A program made the position numbers and the translations under genes. Under the pieces are notes generated by a model. That model was not told the origin of the DNA and did not search any database. It saw nothing but the letters and a program-made list of their open reading frames with translations. From sequence record KT367887.1: a stretch of DNA of 48,493 bases; one strand, written 5' to 3'. This DNA comes from Klebsiella phage vB_Kp3. The number at the start of each line of letters is the position of its first letter. Within the stretch, counting starts at the first letter, position 1. Positions 32,801-42,016 of the stretch are shown one piece after another.

Positions 32801-35800
32801 TGGCACCGGCGAGCAGTTCGACAGCCTCGCTATCTGGTACTTCGACAACGGCCCGGAAGGGTGGGCTTCTGACGACGCCAACACCAATCTGCTCCCCGTA
32901 GACCAAGATGGCTGGATTTACCCTGCTGGCGCAGCATCCACCATGCGCTCACCTAACCCGCTGGCAATCGACGCGCGCAGCTATAAGTACATGCGCCTGC
33001 GCATGAAGCGAGTCGGGAACCCGTCATGGTCTGGCAGGCTGTATTGGATCGGCGTGGATGAGACTGGCTGGACAAGTGGCCGCTCAATTGCCATTCCGGC
33101 ACCTGACTTTGACCCGGCCACCGGGATCACTGTCCTGTCGATCCCCGATCTTCTGTGGGCGACATCCGGCACCGTGCGCCGCCTGCGCTTTGACTTCTCA
33201 AACAATCAGGACGCCAATAACTACTACGCCGTCGACTGGATGGCAGTAGGACGACCGACCCCGGGCGCGTCACAGGCACAGGTTCAGGATCTTCGCACCG
33301 CCATGACCGCGGCGGACTCAGCCGAAGCCGCAGCGCGCAACACACTGGCCGTTCAGCTCCGCGGGAACTATGAGGGAACCGACCCTTCCAAGCTGGTGAC
33401 TGGCATCATCTTCAACGAGCGCCAGACCCGCGTCACCGCAGAGCAGGCGATCGCCAGCGACGTCAACACCCTGCGCACTGACTACAACGCGAACAAGGCC
33501 GCCGTGACCCAGCGTCTCGACACGCTGACCAGCGAGAACCAATCGCAGGCGCAAGCGCTTACCCAGCTTCAAAGCGGTCTGACTGACGCTAACGGAAAGA
33601 TCGGCGCTAACGCTACAGCCATCAGCCAGATCAAAACAGACGTGACGGCGCTGGATGGTCGAGTATCGGCAAATAGCGGTCTGATCACTAACCTGCGCAG
33701 TGACCTGAATAACATGCGCGTCGGCGGCACCAACCTGATCCCTAACTCTGGCACGCTAGCAGGCGTCAGCGGCGTTGTGCAGGGTCAGACGTACAAAGGC
33801 AATGCTATCCGTCGCATCGCGATTGCAGCAGCCTCAGCCGGCTCCTACGACCAATTTGAGTATGAGCTTGCGGCTCCGATCGACGGAACCGAAGTAGTCG
33901 TCAGCTTCTACGCGAAAGCGAACAACGCCGACAGCAAGCAAATTTTCGTCTACCTGTACAACCCGAACGCCACGCTTACGGCTTTAAGTAGTCAGGGTAA
34001 AACTGGTAGCTGGGCTACTGGTGGCGATGGTTCGATGACAATCGACCTTACGGAAGACTGGGCGCGCTACTGGGTGAAATACACTCGTAAAAGCGGACAA
34101 ACTGGAAGCACCCGGGTCATCTTAGGCCGACTGCTGAAAGGGTCTAAGGACAAAGAGGTTTACATCAGCTCGCCTAAATTCGAATACGGCACCATGCCTA
34201 CCGAATGGAGCGAAGCACCGGCTGACAATGCCAGCGCAAGCGCGTTGCAGGCACTGACCACGCGTGTCACTGCGGCGGAAGGCACCATCAGCACCAACAG
34301 CCAGGCGATCACCCAGCTCAAAGGCGACGTGAGCACCTTACAGGGTCAGGTGGCTACCAAGGCCGAAGCGAGCGCATTGCAGCAGCTGGCGACTACTGTC
34401 ACCCAGCAGGGGAACACCATCTCTTCGCAGGGTCAGGCCATCACCGACTTGCAGAACACCGCGCAGAACGGTAAAGCGAACTACTGGCTGACCAAGATCT
34501 TCGATATCAAAGGGGGCGGTAGCGGGTACATTCCTAAGCTGTCCGACCTGTCTGGCGTTCCTCCGCTGGCCGTGTCCGAGATGGCTGACGCTGCAAAGCT
34601 GGACTTCCTGACTTACGGCGACTACAAAATCGCGTATGCGAAGGCGCTGGTGTATGTCGCGGCTGACAAGACAATCGCTATCACCCCCGGCTCCCGCATC
34701 GTGGACGACACCGGCCGACTGTATGTCAATGGGGTGGAAACGGCATCCTTTGGCGCCAGCACTGGCAACTACAGCCTGTCGCTAAAAAAAGGCTGGAACA
34801 CGCTTGAGTTCGTGGTTGCGCAGATCACCGGTCAGTTCTATATCAACTTTGGACTCAAGCTGTCCGATAACGTCGATCAGATGTTCAGTGGTGCCGGTCA
34901 GCTGGCCGCTGCATCCGCCTCGCAGGTGCTCTCCTCTCAGGTTGAGCAGACCTCCGGGAAGGTTGACGCGAACAGTGCCGCGATCGTCACTCTGAACAAC
35001 TCGGTGAGGGACATCAACACCGCGCTGAACAACAAGGCTGACGCGAGCGCGTTGCAGTCGCTGACTACCCGTGTCACCACCGCAGAAGGGAAGATCACGG
35101 CTCAGGGCAATGCAATTACCCAGCTCACCAGCGACCTGTCGACAGCGAACGGGAAGATCTCCGCTAACTCAACGGCGATCAATAACCTGACGACCCGGGT
35201 CAGCGCAGCCGAAGGGAAGATTGACTCACAGGCTGAGTCCATCACCTCGATCAACTCATCTATCAAGGGCGTACTGACCCAAGCGGCCAACCTTATCCCT
35301 AACCCGACGGTAGACCCGGCCTATTCGCAAATGGGCATGACCGTTGTTTCCACAACGTCAGAAGGCGTTCCGGCTGGATGCCCTTACCCGTGGGCGATTA
35401 AATGCCAGTACCGCGATCACGTCCCGGGTATGAACAACATCCCTTGTCGCGAAGGTCAGGTGTTTGAGTTCTCTGTACTGGCCGCATGCGGCACCGGCTC
35501 CGCACCGTTCCAGCACTACATCGGTACGTCGACTCTGGTTTCTGGCAGCATCGGGTCGCCACAAGCGAACGGAGGCCAAATCTCAGCGGCTACCGGCGCG
35601 CAGTGGACGCGCACTACATGGCGCTGGACAGTAAACGCGGAGCATGGGGCGAAGGGTTACTTCCGTCCATTCCTGCAAATCGCGCAGGCAGGCCCGGGCT
35701 ACGGGACAGTATGGTATGCAACTGACTGGAGCGTTCGCGACGTCACCGCAGCGGCGAAGGCAGAAGGCAAGGCAGACGCCAACGCCACGGCGATCAGTCA

Positions 35801-38800
35801 GCTGACAACCCGCGTTACTTCTGCGGAAGGGTCGATCACGTCTCAGGGTCAGGCCATTACCAAACTGACCAGCGATCTGAGTACGCTGACCGGCGTCGTG
35901 AACAATAAGGCTGACGCTTCGGCGCTGAATGCGCTCACTACCCGCGTATCGACTGCCGAAGGCAAGATCGATTCACAGGGTCAGTCGATCACCCAGCTGA
36001 GCAATAGCCTGTCCGCAACTGACGCCTCAATCGACGCGCAGGGCAAGATCCCCGGGAACCTGCTGGCTAACTCATCGTTTGAGCGCGGCCCGGTTAACTT
36101 CACCGGCTGGAGCAGCCTTGCCACCATCATCACGGCAACACAGCCGCATTCTGGCACCAAAATTGTCAAGATGGCGGCAGGCGGAAGTGCTGGAATCAGT
36201 CAGGCCGTTGAAATCACGCAGGGCCGCCGGTATCGCTTCGGCGTGTTTGCCAAACAGGACGCCGGGACTACCATCAACGATCCGGGTAACACGAAATTCC
36301 GTATCGCTGAGGAATCAGGCAGTCTTCTTGTCGGCACGAATTACGGCCCGTTCACTGGCACATGGCAGCACGTCTTCATGGACTGGACGGCTACGAAGAC
36401 CACCACCGCGCTGTTCCAGCTGACTACATGGCTGAGCGCTGGCGCGATGTACTTCGACGATGTCTACGTTGTCGACATCACCAACGACACCAAGATTCAG
36501 GCGAACGCTGACGCGATCACCTCGCTGAACACGAAAGTGACCCAGCAGGGTAACGACATCACGTCGCAGGGTAGCGCGATCACCCAGCTGACCAACCGCG
36601 TGCGCACTGAGCAGTACAGCAACAGCAACCCGTGGGTAGATGGCTCGTTCGAGTCGTATGACAACCAGCAAGCCATCGGTGGATCTAATGGCCTGGTCAC
36701 TACTGACTTCTCATTCAGTGGTCAGAAGTCGCTTATGTGTCGCCGCGCCAACGGTGAAACCGGCAACTCTGACAAGACTTTAGGGTATGAAACAGCCATT
36801 CGCGAGTCTGCGGTTTACCGCTTCGAATGCTGGGCGATGATGCCGGAAGATGAGACGCCGCCGGAAGGGTGGAACTGTGTTGTGGGCTTGATGGTTCGCA
36901 CCGCAGCCAACCAGAACGCATGGCCTAGCGCATTCGTCATCACAGAGTCAGGGCTTGCTGCTGGTGGCGGTCGTGGTAAGTGGGTCAAGTTCTCCGGCAA
37001 AGTAGGCGTAGGCGGCGGACAGAAGACACGAGGCCGTCTGTGGATCTCCACTCGCGGCACATCCGGCGGCCCTGGATATAGCATCTATATCGACGATCTG
37101 GTGATCACCGACGTTACCGACGCTCATGCAGCACAGACCACCGCAGACGCTAACTCAAGCGCGATCAACAGCCTGACCAGCCGTGTGAGCACCGCAGAAG
37201 GGCAGATCACATCTCAGGCAGACGCGATCACCAAGCTGAACGGTGACGTTAGCACCATCAACGGCACGCTGAGCCAGAAGGCTGACGCCAGCGCAGTCAC
37301 CGCACTGCAAACGCGCGTGACCACCGCAGAAGGCCAAATCGCGAGCAATGGCACGGCCATCACCAACCTGAATAACGGCCTGGAAGCACAGCGACGCACC
37401 GGTGAAAACCTCGTGCAGAACTATGACTTCATGCAAGGCGACACCGCATTCAGCGTGCAGCGGGATAGTTTCAGCACAGTAACGTTCGGCGACTACGGAG
37501 ATGGCAAGCCAGGCGTGCGCATGGTGAAAGTCAACGCCACATCGCCCGGCCTGTTCGCGAACAACAAAAAGCCGGTGCCGCAGAACGGCCAGCGCCGCTA
37601 TCGCTATGTTGTGCGCGCGAAGTCCGTAAGCGGTGGGAATAACCTTCTTATGCGTCGCTGGAATTTCAACGGCTCCGTAGAAGGCTCTTATACAGACAGG
37701 AACAACGCGCTTACAACTGACTGGCAGACCCTGACGTGGGAAACCGATCTCACCCCGGCAAGCGGATTTGACGGTTCAGCGTTCGGCCTGTATTGCCACC
37801 CGTCTAACGCGGAAGTGTGGATCGACTCGTTCAAGGTGTACGACATCACCGAAGAGCTGACGATCAAGGCTAACAGCGCGGCGATCAACAGCCTGACCAC
37901 CACCGTCACCCAGCAGGGCCAGGACATCACCGCGCAGTCGAACGCGCTCACGCAGCTGAAATCCAGCCTGACTAATGACGCGGTAGCGCTGGCAGCGAAC
38001 CCGGATAACATGCTGACGAACACCGGCTTCGAGCGTGGAACGGACAACTGGGTAGGATGGAGTTCACGCGCCGACGTCTACGCAGCACAAGAACCGAAGT
38101 CAGGCGCAATGATCCTGCGTGGTAAATCCGGCGGTAACGCGTCAATCGGTCAGAATGTTCTGAGCGTGAAAGCTGGCCGCACCTACCGGTTCGGCGGATA
38201 TGTGAAACGCACAGCTGATATGGCGATCGGCCCAAACACCGTAGGGAACAACAAATTCCGCCTTGGTAACGCGACCACCGGCGCTGGCCCTATTTCTGAG
38301 CTGAACTTCTCAGAAGCGAATATCGGCACTAGCTGGACGCTGATCACTAAGGACTTTGTCCCGACGTCTGATATTGACGTTGCCTATTCGATCAACTGGA
38401 ACCTTGCTACCGGTGAGATCTACTTTGATGACGTGTTCTTTATCGACGTCACCGACGAGATCAATAACGCGGCCAATGCTACAGCCATCAGCAACTTGAC
38501 CACCCGAGTTACTACGGCAGAGGGCAAAATCACGTCGCAGGGAACGGCGATCACTCAGCTGACCGCAGACCTCAGCACCGCGAACGGGAAGATCACGGCG
38601 AACTCCAACGCGATCACCAGCCTGCAATCGACTGTCACCCAGCAGGGCAATACGCTGACCTCTCAGGGCCAGGCGATTACCAAGCTGAATAGCGACCTGT
38701 CTGACCTGTCTGGCGTGGTGGACACGAAGGCCAGCGCTTCGGCACTGAATTCCCTGACTACCCGCGTCACCAATGCGGAAGGCAAGATCACCGCGAACAG

Positions 38801-39896
38801 CAACGCGCTGACCAGCCTGACTTCTCGCGTCGGCAATGCAGAGTCAGCGATCGATGGCCTGAACGAGACGACGGCGGCTAACGGTCTGGCGATGGCGAAC
38901 GGCTTCCAGCAACTGCGTGCGCAGATCGGCGACAACCAGGCAGCCATCACGCAGACGAGCCAGGCAATGGTGGATCTTGAGTCTTCAACGGCGCAGCAGA
39001 TCGGCACAATCAAGGCGTCAGTGGATGGTATGAGTTCCACCGTTCAGCAGACTTCAACGGCTGTTGCGGATATCAACGGCAAGCTGTCGGCGCAGTGGGG
39101 CGTCAAAGTTCAGACTGACACCGGAGGCGGAAACCCGCGCATTGCTGGTATTCAGCTGGGCATCGACGCGAGTGGTTCTTCGCAGTTCCTGGTTCAGGCT
39201 GACACCTTCGCGGTGTACGCTGGAGGCAGTAACAAGACGTTCCCGTTCGTTGTGCAGAACGGCGTGGCGTACATGCAGGAAGCGCTGATCCGCGATGGCT
39301 CGATCACCAACGCGAAGATCGGAAACGAAATCAAGTCGAACAACTTTGTCGATGGCTCTCAGGGCTGGCGCATCGGTAAAGATGGCAGCTCGCAGTTCAA
39401 TAACGTGATCGTTCGCGGCAGGGTTGAGGCGAATAGCGGTATTTTCAAGGGAACGGTGCAAGCTGAATCTTTTATCGGCGATATTGCTACTTCTGCATCG
39501 TTCAACGGATTTACTGTCAAGGGCGGTGAAGGTTCTGGCACTATGAACGCATGGTATCAGAACCGCGGGTATCCGATGACCATCACGCTGAACTGCACTG
39601 TACGATGCAATTCATACTCTGGCGGGGTAGGCGACCAAAGCCGTGACTTCTATGTGGTTCTGACATTCAACATTAACGGAGTGCAGAGCACGAGGCGCGT
39701 CGTTGTTGATATGCGGGATAAAGCACACGGCCTTGTGGATGTTCCGCAGTCGTTCACTGTTAACATTCCAGCAAGTAACGACCGAATCGGCATCTCGCTG
39801 ACTGGTGCAAGTTATGGGCCGCAGCAGAGTGAAGTCACAGTAAGCAATATTGTTGTGACGGCATTCCGAAGCAATAACGGTTCTTTTGGACAATAA
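29820..39896 (+). CDS. Giant central tail fibre / host specificity protein J (3358 aa). Lambda-J-like N-terminal 850 aa and C-terminal 300 aa, interrupted by about 2000 aa of coiled-coil repeats plus six CBM4/9-like domains
   Basis: N-terminal VPSNYDPVNHTYSGSWNGTFKQAWTDNPAWIVYDIILHKRFG and C-terminal SQFLVQADTFAVYAGG...AESFIGDIA align to lambda J; internal repeats and N(L/M)L(A/T)N(S/T)(S/G)FE(R)G...YFDDV...DIT modules. Confidence 0.9.
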   Translation: MEIKGYKGGSSNVHTPVEDPDSLISNATVRMLLALSEGETVPISAEDLPKRVYMDGTPVQNDDGSVNIPGVTLEYRNGTPQQEPINGFPAVESETRINVELKKSSAWVRNITNTEIDAVRIRMNFRLVIQQKDGDRVGGRIEYRIEYRKVGDSTYTVAFNGAVDGKQKDNYERDHRIDLPKSSTGWQIRVTRLTDDSTSDTTVLNSGIVAVTEIVDARVRYPWTSLLFVSFDAKSFQNIPKISIKMGGRLVLVPSNYDPVNHTYSGSWNGTFKQAWTDNPAWIVYDIILHKRFGIGRRIPSSFLNKWTMYSIAQRCDELVTNADGTQNRRYTCNVYIQKRAHAWSVIRDLASIFNGMVSYSNMQLQFAQDAPAEVRHVVTNDDVVNGTFEYSYGSMANRRGIAMVTFDDPKAHYKTQTTVAQIKDLVERYGVEPLEVSGIGCTDEYEAQRRGLWALLSNTNDMQISYRVGLNGIKYLIGDVVGIANRYVQGGQFGGRVAGVSGTTITTDRMISDHVAIGDRVIVRQAGSDGTYNRVINAIAADRMSFTVDGTNLDIQSGEVFLLDTKVLAPELIRITKITYNEQDNNFTVTGLQYSHSKYLQVDTGARIEDRPTSLIPTGQVQAPANVVAEGYSIVNQGIRSANVNCSWFTVDQAVSYDIQVRRTSQSNGQWSQGWTNLASQSSTSVDLTNVLTGTYQFRVRSVSRDGGSSQWVESNQVFVDGKRGSIPAVAGLNGVGIVNGITWRWVTGTDDLIDMKSTELQFQRIDGNGAPVGDWIDLSVVTYPTGTFTQSGLKFAERVQVRARFVSSYSDAGEWSAPVMAMTSDNMDDYYQNIDDAIKGSDTYGELTSGIKDVSDSAQAAKDAAQAAQVTADGAVTTNQQQQQQLNNQLAEIQKNAQDITNTANAGAANASAIAQEILDRKAGDIANANKAAQDVADAIAKAETDDAQVAADAAANLLTAKNEVEAQISTTNTTMQDGFDSLAQQMASISAGTGEQFDSLAIWYFDNGPEGWASDDANTNLLPVDQDGWIYPAGAASTMRSPNPLAIDARSYKYMRLRMKRVGNPSWSGRLYWIGVDETGWTSGRSIAIPAPDFDPATGITVLSIPDLLWATSGTVRRLRFDFSNNQDANNYYAVDWMAVGRPTPGASQAQVQDLRTAMTAADSAEAAARNTLAVQLRGNYEGTDPSKLVTGIIFNERQTRVTAEQAIASDVNTLRTDYNANKAAVTQRLDTLTSENQSQAQALTQLQSGLTDANGKIGANATAISQIKTDVTALDGRVSANSGLITNLRSDLNNMRVGGTNLIPNSGTLAGVSGVVQGQTYKGNAIRRIAIAAASAGSYDQFEYELAAPIDGTEVVVSFYAKANNADSKQIFVYLYNPNATLTALSSQGKTGSWATGGDGSMTIDLTEDWARYWVKYTRKSGQTGSTRVILGRLLKGSKDKEVYISSPKFEYGTMPTEWSEAPADNASASALQALTTRVTAAEGTISTNSQAITQLKGDVSTLQGQVATKAEASALQQLATTVTQQGNTISSQGQAITDLQNTAQNGKANYWLTKIFDIKGGGSGYIPKLSDLSGVPPLAVSEMADAAKLDFLTYGDYKIAYAKALVYVAADKTIAITPGSRIVDDTGRLYVNGVETASFGASTGNYSLSLKKGWNTLEFVVAQITGQFYINFGLKLSDNVDQMFSGAGQLAAASASQVLSSQVEQTSGKVDANSAAIVTLNNSVRDINTALNNKADASALQSLTTRVTTAEGKITAQGNAITQLTSDLSTANGKISANSTAINNLTTRVSAAEGKIDSQAESITSINSSIKGVLTQAANLIPNPTVDPAYSQMGMTVVSTTSEGVPAGCPYPWAIKCQYRDHVPGMNNIPCREGQVFEFSVLAACGTGSAPFQHYIGTSTLVSGSIGSPQANGGQISAATGAQWTRTTWRWTVNAEHGAKGYFRPFLQIAQAGPGYGTVWYATDWSVRDVTAAAKAEGKADANATAISQLTTRVTSAEGSITSQGQAITKLTSDLSTLTGVVNNKADASALNALTTRVSTAEGKIDSQGQSITQLSNSLSATDASIDAQGKIPGNLLANSSFERGPVNFTGWSSLATIITATQPHSGTKIVKMAAGGSAGISQAVEITQGRRYRFGVFAKQDAGTTINDPGNTKFRIAEESGSLLVGTNYGPFTGTWQHVFMDWTATKTTTALFQLTTWLSAGAMYFDDVYVVDITNDTKIQANADAITSLNTKVTQQGNDITSQGSAITQLTNRVRTEQYSNSNPWVDGSFESYDNQQAIGGSNGLVTTDFSFSGQKSLMCRRANGETGNSDKTLGYETAIRESAVYRFECWAMMPEDETPPEGWNCVVGLMVRTAANQNAWPSAFVITESGLAAGGGRGKWVKFSGKVGVGGGQKTRGRLWISTRGTSGGPGYSIYIDDLVITDVTDAHAAQTTADANSSAINSLTSRVSTAEGQITSQADAITKLNGDVSTINGTLSQKADASAVTALQTRVTTAEGQIASNGTAITNLNNGLEAQRRTGENLVQNYDFMQGDTAFSVQRDSFSTVTFGDYGDGKPGVRMVKVNATSPGLFANNKKPVPQNGQRRYRYVVRAKSVSGGNNLLMRRWNFNGSVEGSYTDRNNALTTDWQTLTWETDLTPASGFDGSAFGLYCHPSNAEVWIDSFKVYDITEELTIKANSAAINSLTTTVTQQGQDITAQSNALTQLKSSLTNDAVALAANPDNMLTNTGFERGTDNWVGWSSRADVYAAQEPKSGAMILRGKSGGNASIGQNVLSVKAGRTYRFGGYVKRTADMAIGPNTVGNNKFRLGNATTGAGPISELNFSEANIGTSWTLITKDFVPTSDIDVAYSINWNLATGEIYFDDVFFIDVTDEINNAANATAISNLTTRVTTAEGKITSQGTAITQLTADLSTANGKITANSNAITSLQSTVTQQGNTLTSQGQAITKLNSDLSDLSGVVDTKASASALNSLTTRVTNAEGKITANSNALTSLTSRVGNAESAIDGLNETTAANGLAMANGFQQLRAQIGDNQAAITQTSQAMVDLESSTAQQIGTIKASVDGMSSTVQQTSTAVADINGKLSAQWGVKVQTDTGGGNPRIAGIQLGIDASGSSQFLVQADTFAVYAGGSNKTFPFVVQNGVAYMQEALIRDGSITNAKIGNEIKSNNFVDGSQGWRIGKDGSSQFNNVIVRGRVEANSGIFKGTVQAESFIGDIATSASFNGFTVKGGEGSGTMNAWYQNRGYPMTITLNCTVRCNSYSGGVGDQSRDFYVVLTFNINGVQSTRRVVVDMRDKAHGLVDVPQSFTVNIPASNDRIGISLTGASYGPQQSEVTVSNIVVTAFRSNNGSFGQ
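34230..38880 (+). repeat. Family of in-frame tandem/interspersed repeats (unit about 111 bp / 37 aa, consensus ..ASALQ(A)LTTRV(T)(T)AEGKI(T)SQGQAIT(Q)L(T)SDLST..) alternating with roughly 450-bp CBM-like modules
   Basis: At least 14 recognisable copies, e.g. starting near 34230, 34340, 35040, 35150, 35780, 35890, 36490, 37150, 37260, 37870, 38480, 38590, 38700, 38770. Confidence 0.7.
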
Positions 39897-39923
39897 GGAG
39901 CGGCCCTTCGGGGCCGATATTAA

Positions 39924-41192
39924 ATGGCAAATATTAGCGACCAACTCGCGGCTGATATTCACAACGCATTCAGCAAATACTACACAGACCTCGCCAATCA
40001 GGATCAGATCTTCTTTGGCGTTGGTGACGTGCAGATCACCAAGCAGGACGGAACCACCGCAACCGTGCGTTCATGGAACAAGGTGATCGGCTCAGTGGAT
40101 ACCGCAGCACAACGCGGAGCTGCAAACACCTTCACGGCCCTGCAAACGTTCAGCGCCGGGATCAATGTCTCTGCCGGAAACATCAACGTGATGAACGACA
40201 ACAGCATGGTGATCCTCGGGAAAAACAGCGATCTTGCACTGCTGAAAAAATATGGTCAGGGCGGCACCATTGCCGTCGGCAGCGGCACGCCATTCAAGAT
40301 CCAGCGCACGAATACAGCAACTGTCTCACCGGCTTCTACGGTCGAGGATATTTTGACCATCGGCACGGATAAGAAAACCACCGTTGCCGGAGCGCTTGCC
40401 ACTGGCGGCGACATTGACAATGCTGCCAGCGGTAAGATGTATTCCCAGGCGATGGAACTGTCATTTAGCACGCCATACATCGACTTTCATTTTAACTACA
40501 GCACCGACGACTTCACCGGTCGGATTATAGCCACCGCCGCCGATCAAATTAGTGTGCAAGGTAGTCATTTGCGAGTTGACAGGGATCTTCGTGTTTTTGG
40601 CATGGCAGATATTAAAGGGTGGACGCAATGCGGAGTCGATCTATCGTCCAATAGAACAGACTTCGGTTCTCCTGCCAATGGTGCGTTGGTTTCCGGCGGG
40701 CGTATTCGATCCAGAATGCTTGGGCGCGGCGGTAACGTTGACCCATCCGGGGCGTGGGGCGGCTTCTATGTTGAAGAGTACGTGGGAACCGAGCACAGGA
40801 TTATCATGTATATGGACGGCTTCGGGAGAACAGACGCATGGTCATTCCGCTCAGGGGGGACAATCTCCACACCCAAAGGCGACGTTCTCACTACCGGTTC
40901 AGACGTGCGACTGAAAACAGACTTCACCCAAGCGCCTGAGAACGCCTCAGAGCGCATTGAACGCTTGGGGGTATGTGAGTACCGGTTGAAGGGAGAAACG
41001 CGCGTGAGGCGTGGTTTTATCGCACAGCAGGCGGAGACTGTAGACGAGGTCTACACCTATCAGGACGTCGAGCAGGAGATCGACGGCGAGAGGTTCCGGG
41101 TGATGAACGTGGACTATGTGGCAATCATCGCTGACCTGGTGGCGTCGGTGCAGGAGCTTCGGAAGGAATTGAGAGAGCTGAAAGGGGAATAA
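39924..41192 (+). CDS. Side tail fibre protein with C-terminal intramolecular chaperone (peptidase S74) domain
   Basis: C-terminal GSDVRLKTDFT...ERIERLGVCEYRLKGE...GFIAQQ motif characteristic of S74 autoproteolytic chaperone. Confidence 0.75.
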   Translation: MANISDQLAADIHNAFSKYYTDLANQDQIFFGVGDVQITKQDGTTATVRSWNKVIGSVDTAAQRGAANTFTALQTFSAGINVSAGNINVMNDNSMVILGKNSDLALLKKYGQGGTIAVGSGTPFKIQRTNTATVSPASTVEDILTIGTDKKTTVAGALATGGDIDNAASGKMYSQAMELSFSTPYIDFHFNYSTDDFTGRIIATAADQISVQGSHLRVDRDLRVFGMADIKGWTQCGVDLSSNRTDFGSPANGALVSGGRIRSRMLGRGGNVDPSGAWGGFYVEEYVGTEHRIIMYMDGFGRTDAWSFRSGGTISTPKGDVLTTGSDVRLKTDFTQAPENASERIERLGVCEYRLKGETRVRRGFIAQQAETVDEVYTYQDVEQEIDGERFRVMNVDYVAIIADLVASVQELRKELRELKGE

Positions 41193-41221
41193 AAAAAAGG
41201 GGCCACCGGCCCCTTTCTTTA
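41190..41221. terminator. Bidirectional terminator (A8-GGGGCC-ACC-GGCCCC-TTTCTTT)
   Basis: Seen in sequence. Confidence 0.75.
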
Positions 41222-41296
41222 CAGCACGTGATAAAGCACGTTAATCACGAAGCCCAACACGAGGCCGATCGCTGCTGCCAGTAATGGCTGTTTCAT
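41219..41296 (-). CDS. Candidate 25-aa hydrophobic peptide MKQPLLAAAIGLVLGFVINVLYHVL
   Basis: Below ORF-track length cutoff; single TM; no clear SD. Confidence 0.25.
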   Translation of the reverse strand: MKQPLLAAAIGLVLGFVINVLYHVL

Positions 41297-41309
41297 TTTG
41301 TCAAACACG

Positions 41310-41513
41310 TTATTCACCCTCTACTTTAACGAGTTCATGCCATTCGATGCCCAGGGGCTTCGCAAGGCGGATCATGGTTTCAATGGTCGGGAACTCACGG
41401 CCATTGTCATAACGGCATACGCGGCACTGCGCAATGCCTGCTGCTTTCGCCAGACCACGCTGGGAAAACCCAGCGCGCTCGCGGTGCTCTTTCAAAATCA
41501 GTGTAATGGTCAT
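41310..41513 (-). CDS. XRE-family (Cro/CI-type) HTH transcriptional regulator
   Basis: FSQRGLAKAAGIAQCRVCRYDNG HTH_3 motif. Confidence 0.7.
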   Translation of the reverse strand: MTITLILKEHRERAGFSQRGLAKAAGIAQCRVCRYDNGREFPTIETMIRLAKPLGIEWHELVKVEGE

Positions 41514-41521
41514 CTTCTACC

Positions 41522-42004
41522 TCAAAACGGGATGTCGTCATCAAAGTCCATCGGCGGCTCGCTGGACTGCTGCTGTGGTTTTGACTGCTGGCGCGCTGGG
41601 CCGGAATGTGTCCGCGGCTGTCCCTGCGGCTGTCCCTGCTGTCCGCCTTCGCTCTTACCGCCTAACATTTGCATAACGGCGTTAGGCCCGTTCAGAACCA
41701 CTTCTGTCGTCCATTTCTCGACTCCGTTGCTGTCAGTCCATTTTCGTGTTTGCAGCTTTCCTTCGACGTAGATCTGAGAACCCTTTTTCACGTACTCGCC
41801 GACGATCTCAGCCAGCTTCCCGAAGACGACGACACGGTGCCATTCCGTTTGCTCCTTTACTTCGCCGGTCTGCTTGTCGCGCCATGATTCTGACGTCGCG
41901 ATCGTGAGGTTAGCCACCGCGCCGCCTGACGGCATGTATCGAATTTCTGGATCCTGACCGATGCGACCCACGAGGATCACCTTGTTAACTCCACGGCTTG
42001 CCAT
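41522..42004 (-). CDS. ssb: Single-stranded DNA-binding protein
   Basis: OB-fold N-terminus, Gly/Gln-rich linker, acidic tail DFDDDIPF. Confidence 0.9.
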   Translation of the reverse strand: MASRGVNKVILVGRIGQDPEIRYMPSGGAVANLTIATSESWRDKQTGEVKEQTEWHRVVVFGKLAEIVGEYVKKGSQIYVEGKLQTRKWTDSNGVEKWTTEVVLNGPNAVMQMLGGKSEGGQQGQPQGQPRTHSGPARQQSKPQQQSSEPPMDFDDDIPF

Positions 42005-42016
42005 TTATAACGCTCC

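Noticed and set aside
34230-38880. Regularly spaced repeats that could be mistaken for a CRISPR array or non-coding tandem repeat
   Set aside because: Repeats are in-frame inside one continuous 10-kb ORF with protein-level periodicity and no repeat-spacer architecture; no cas genes.
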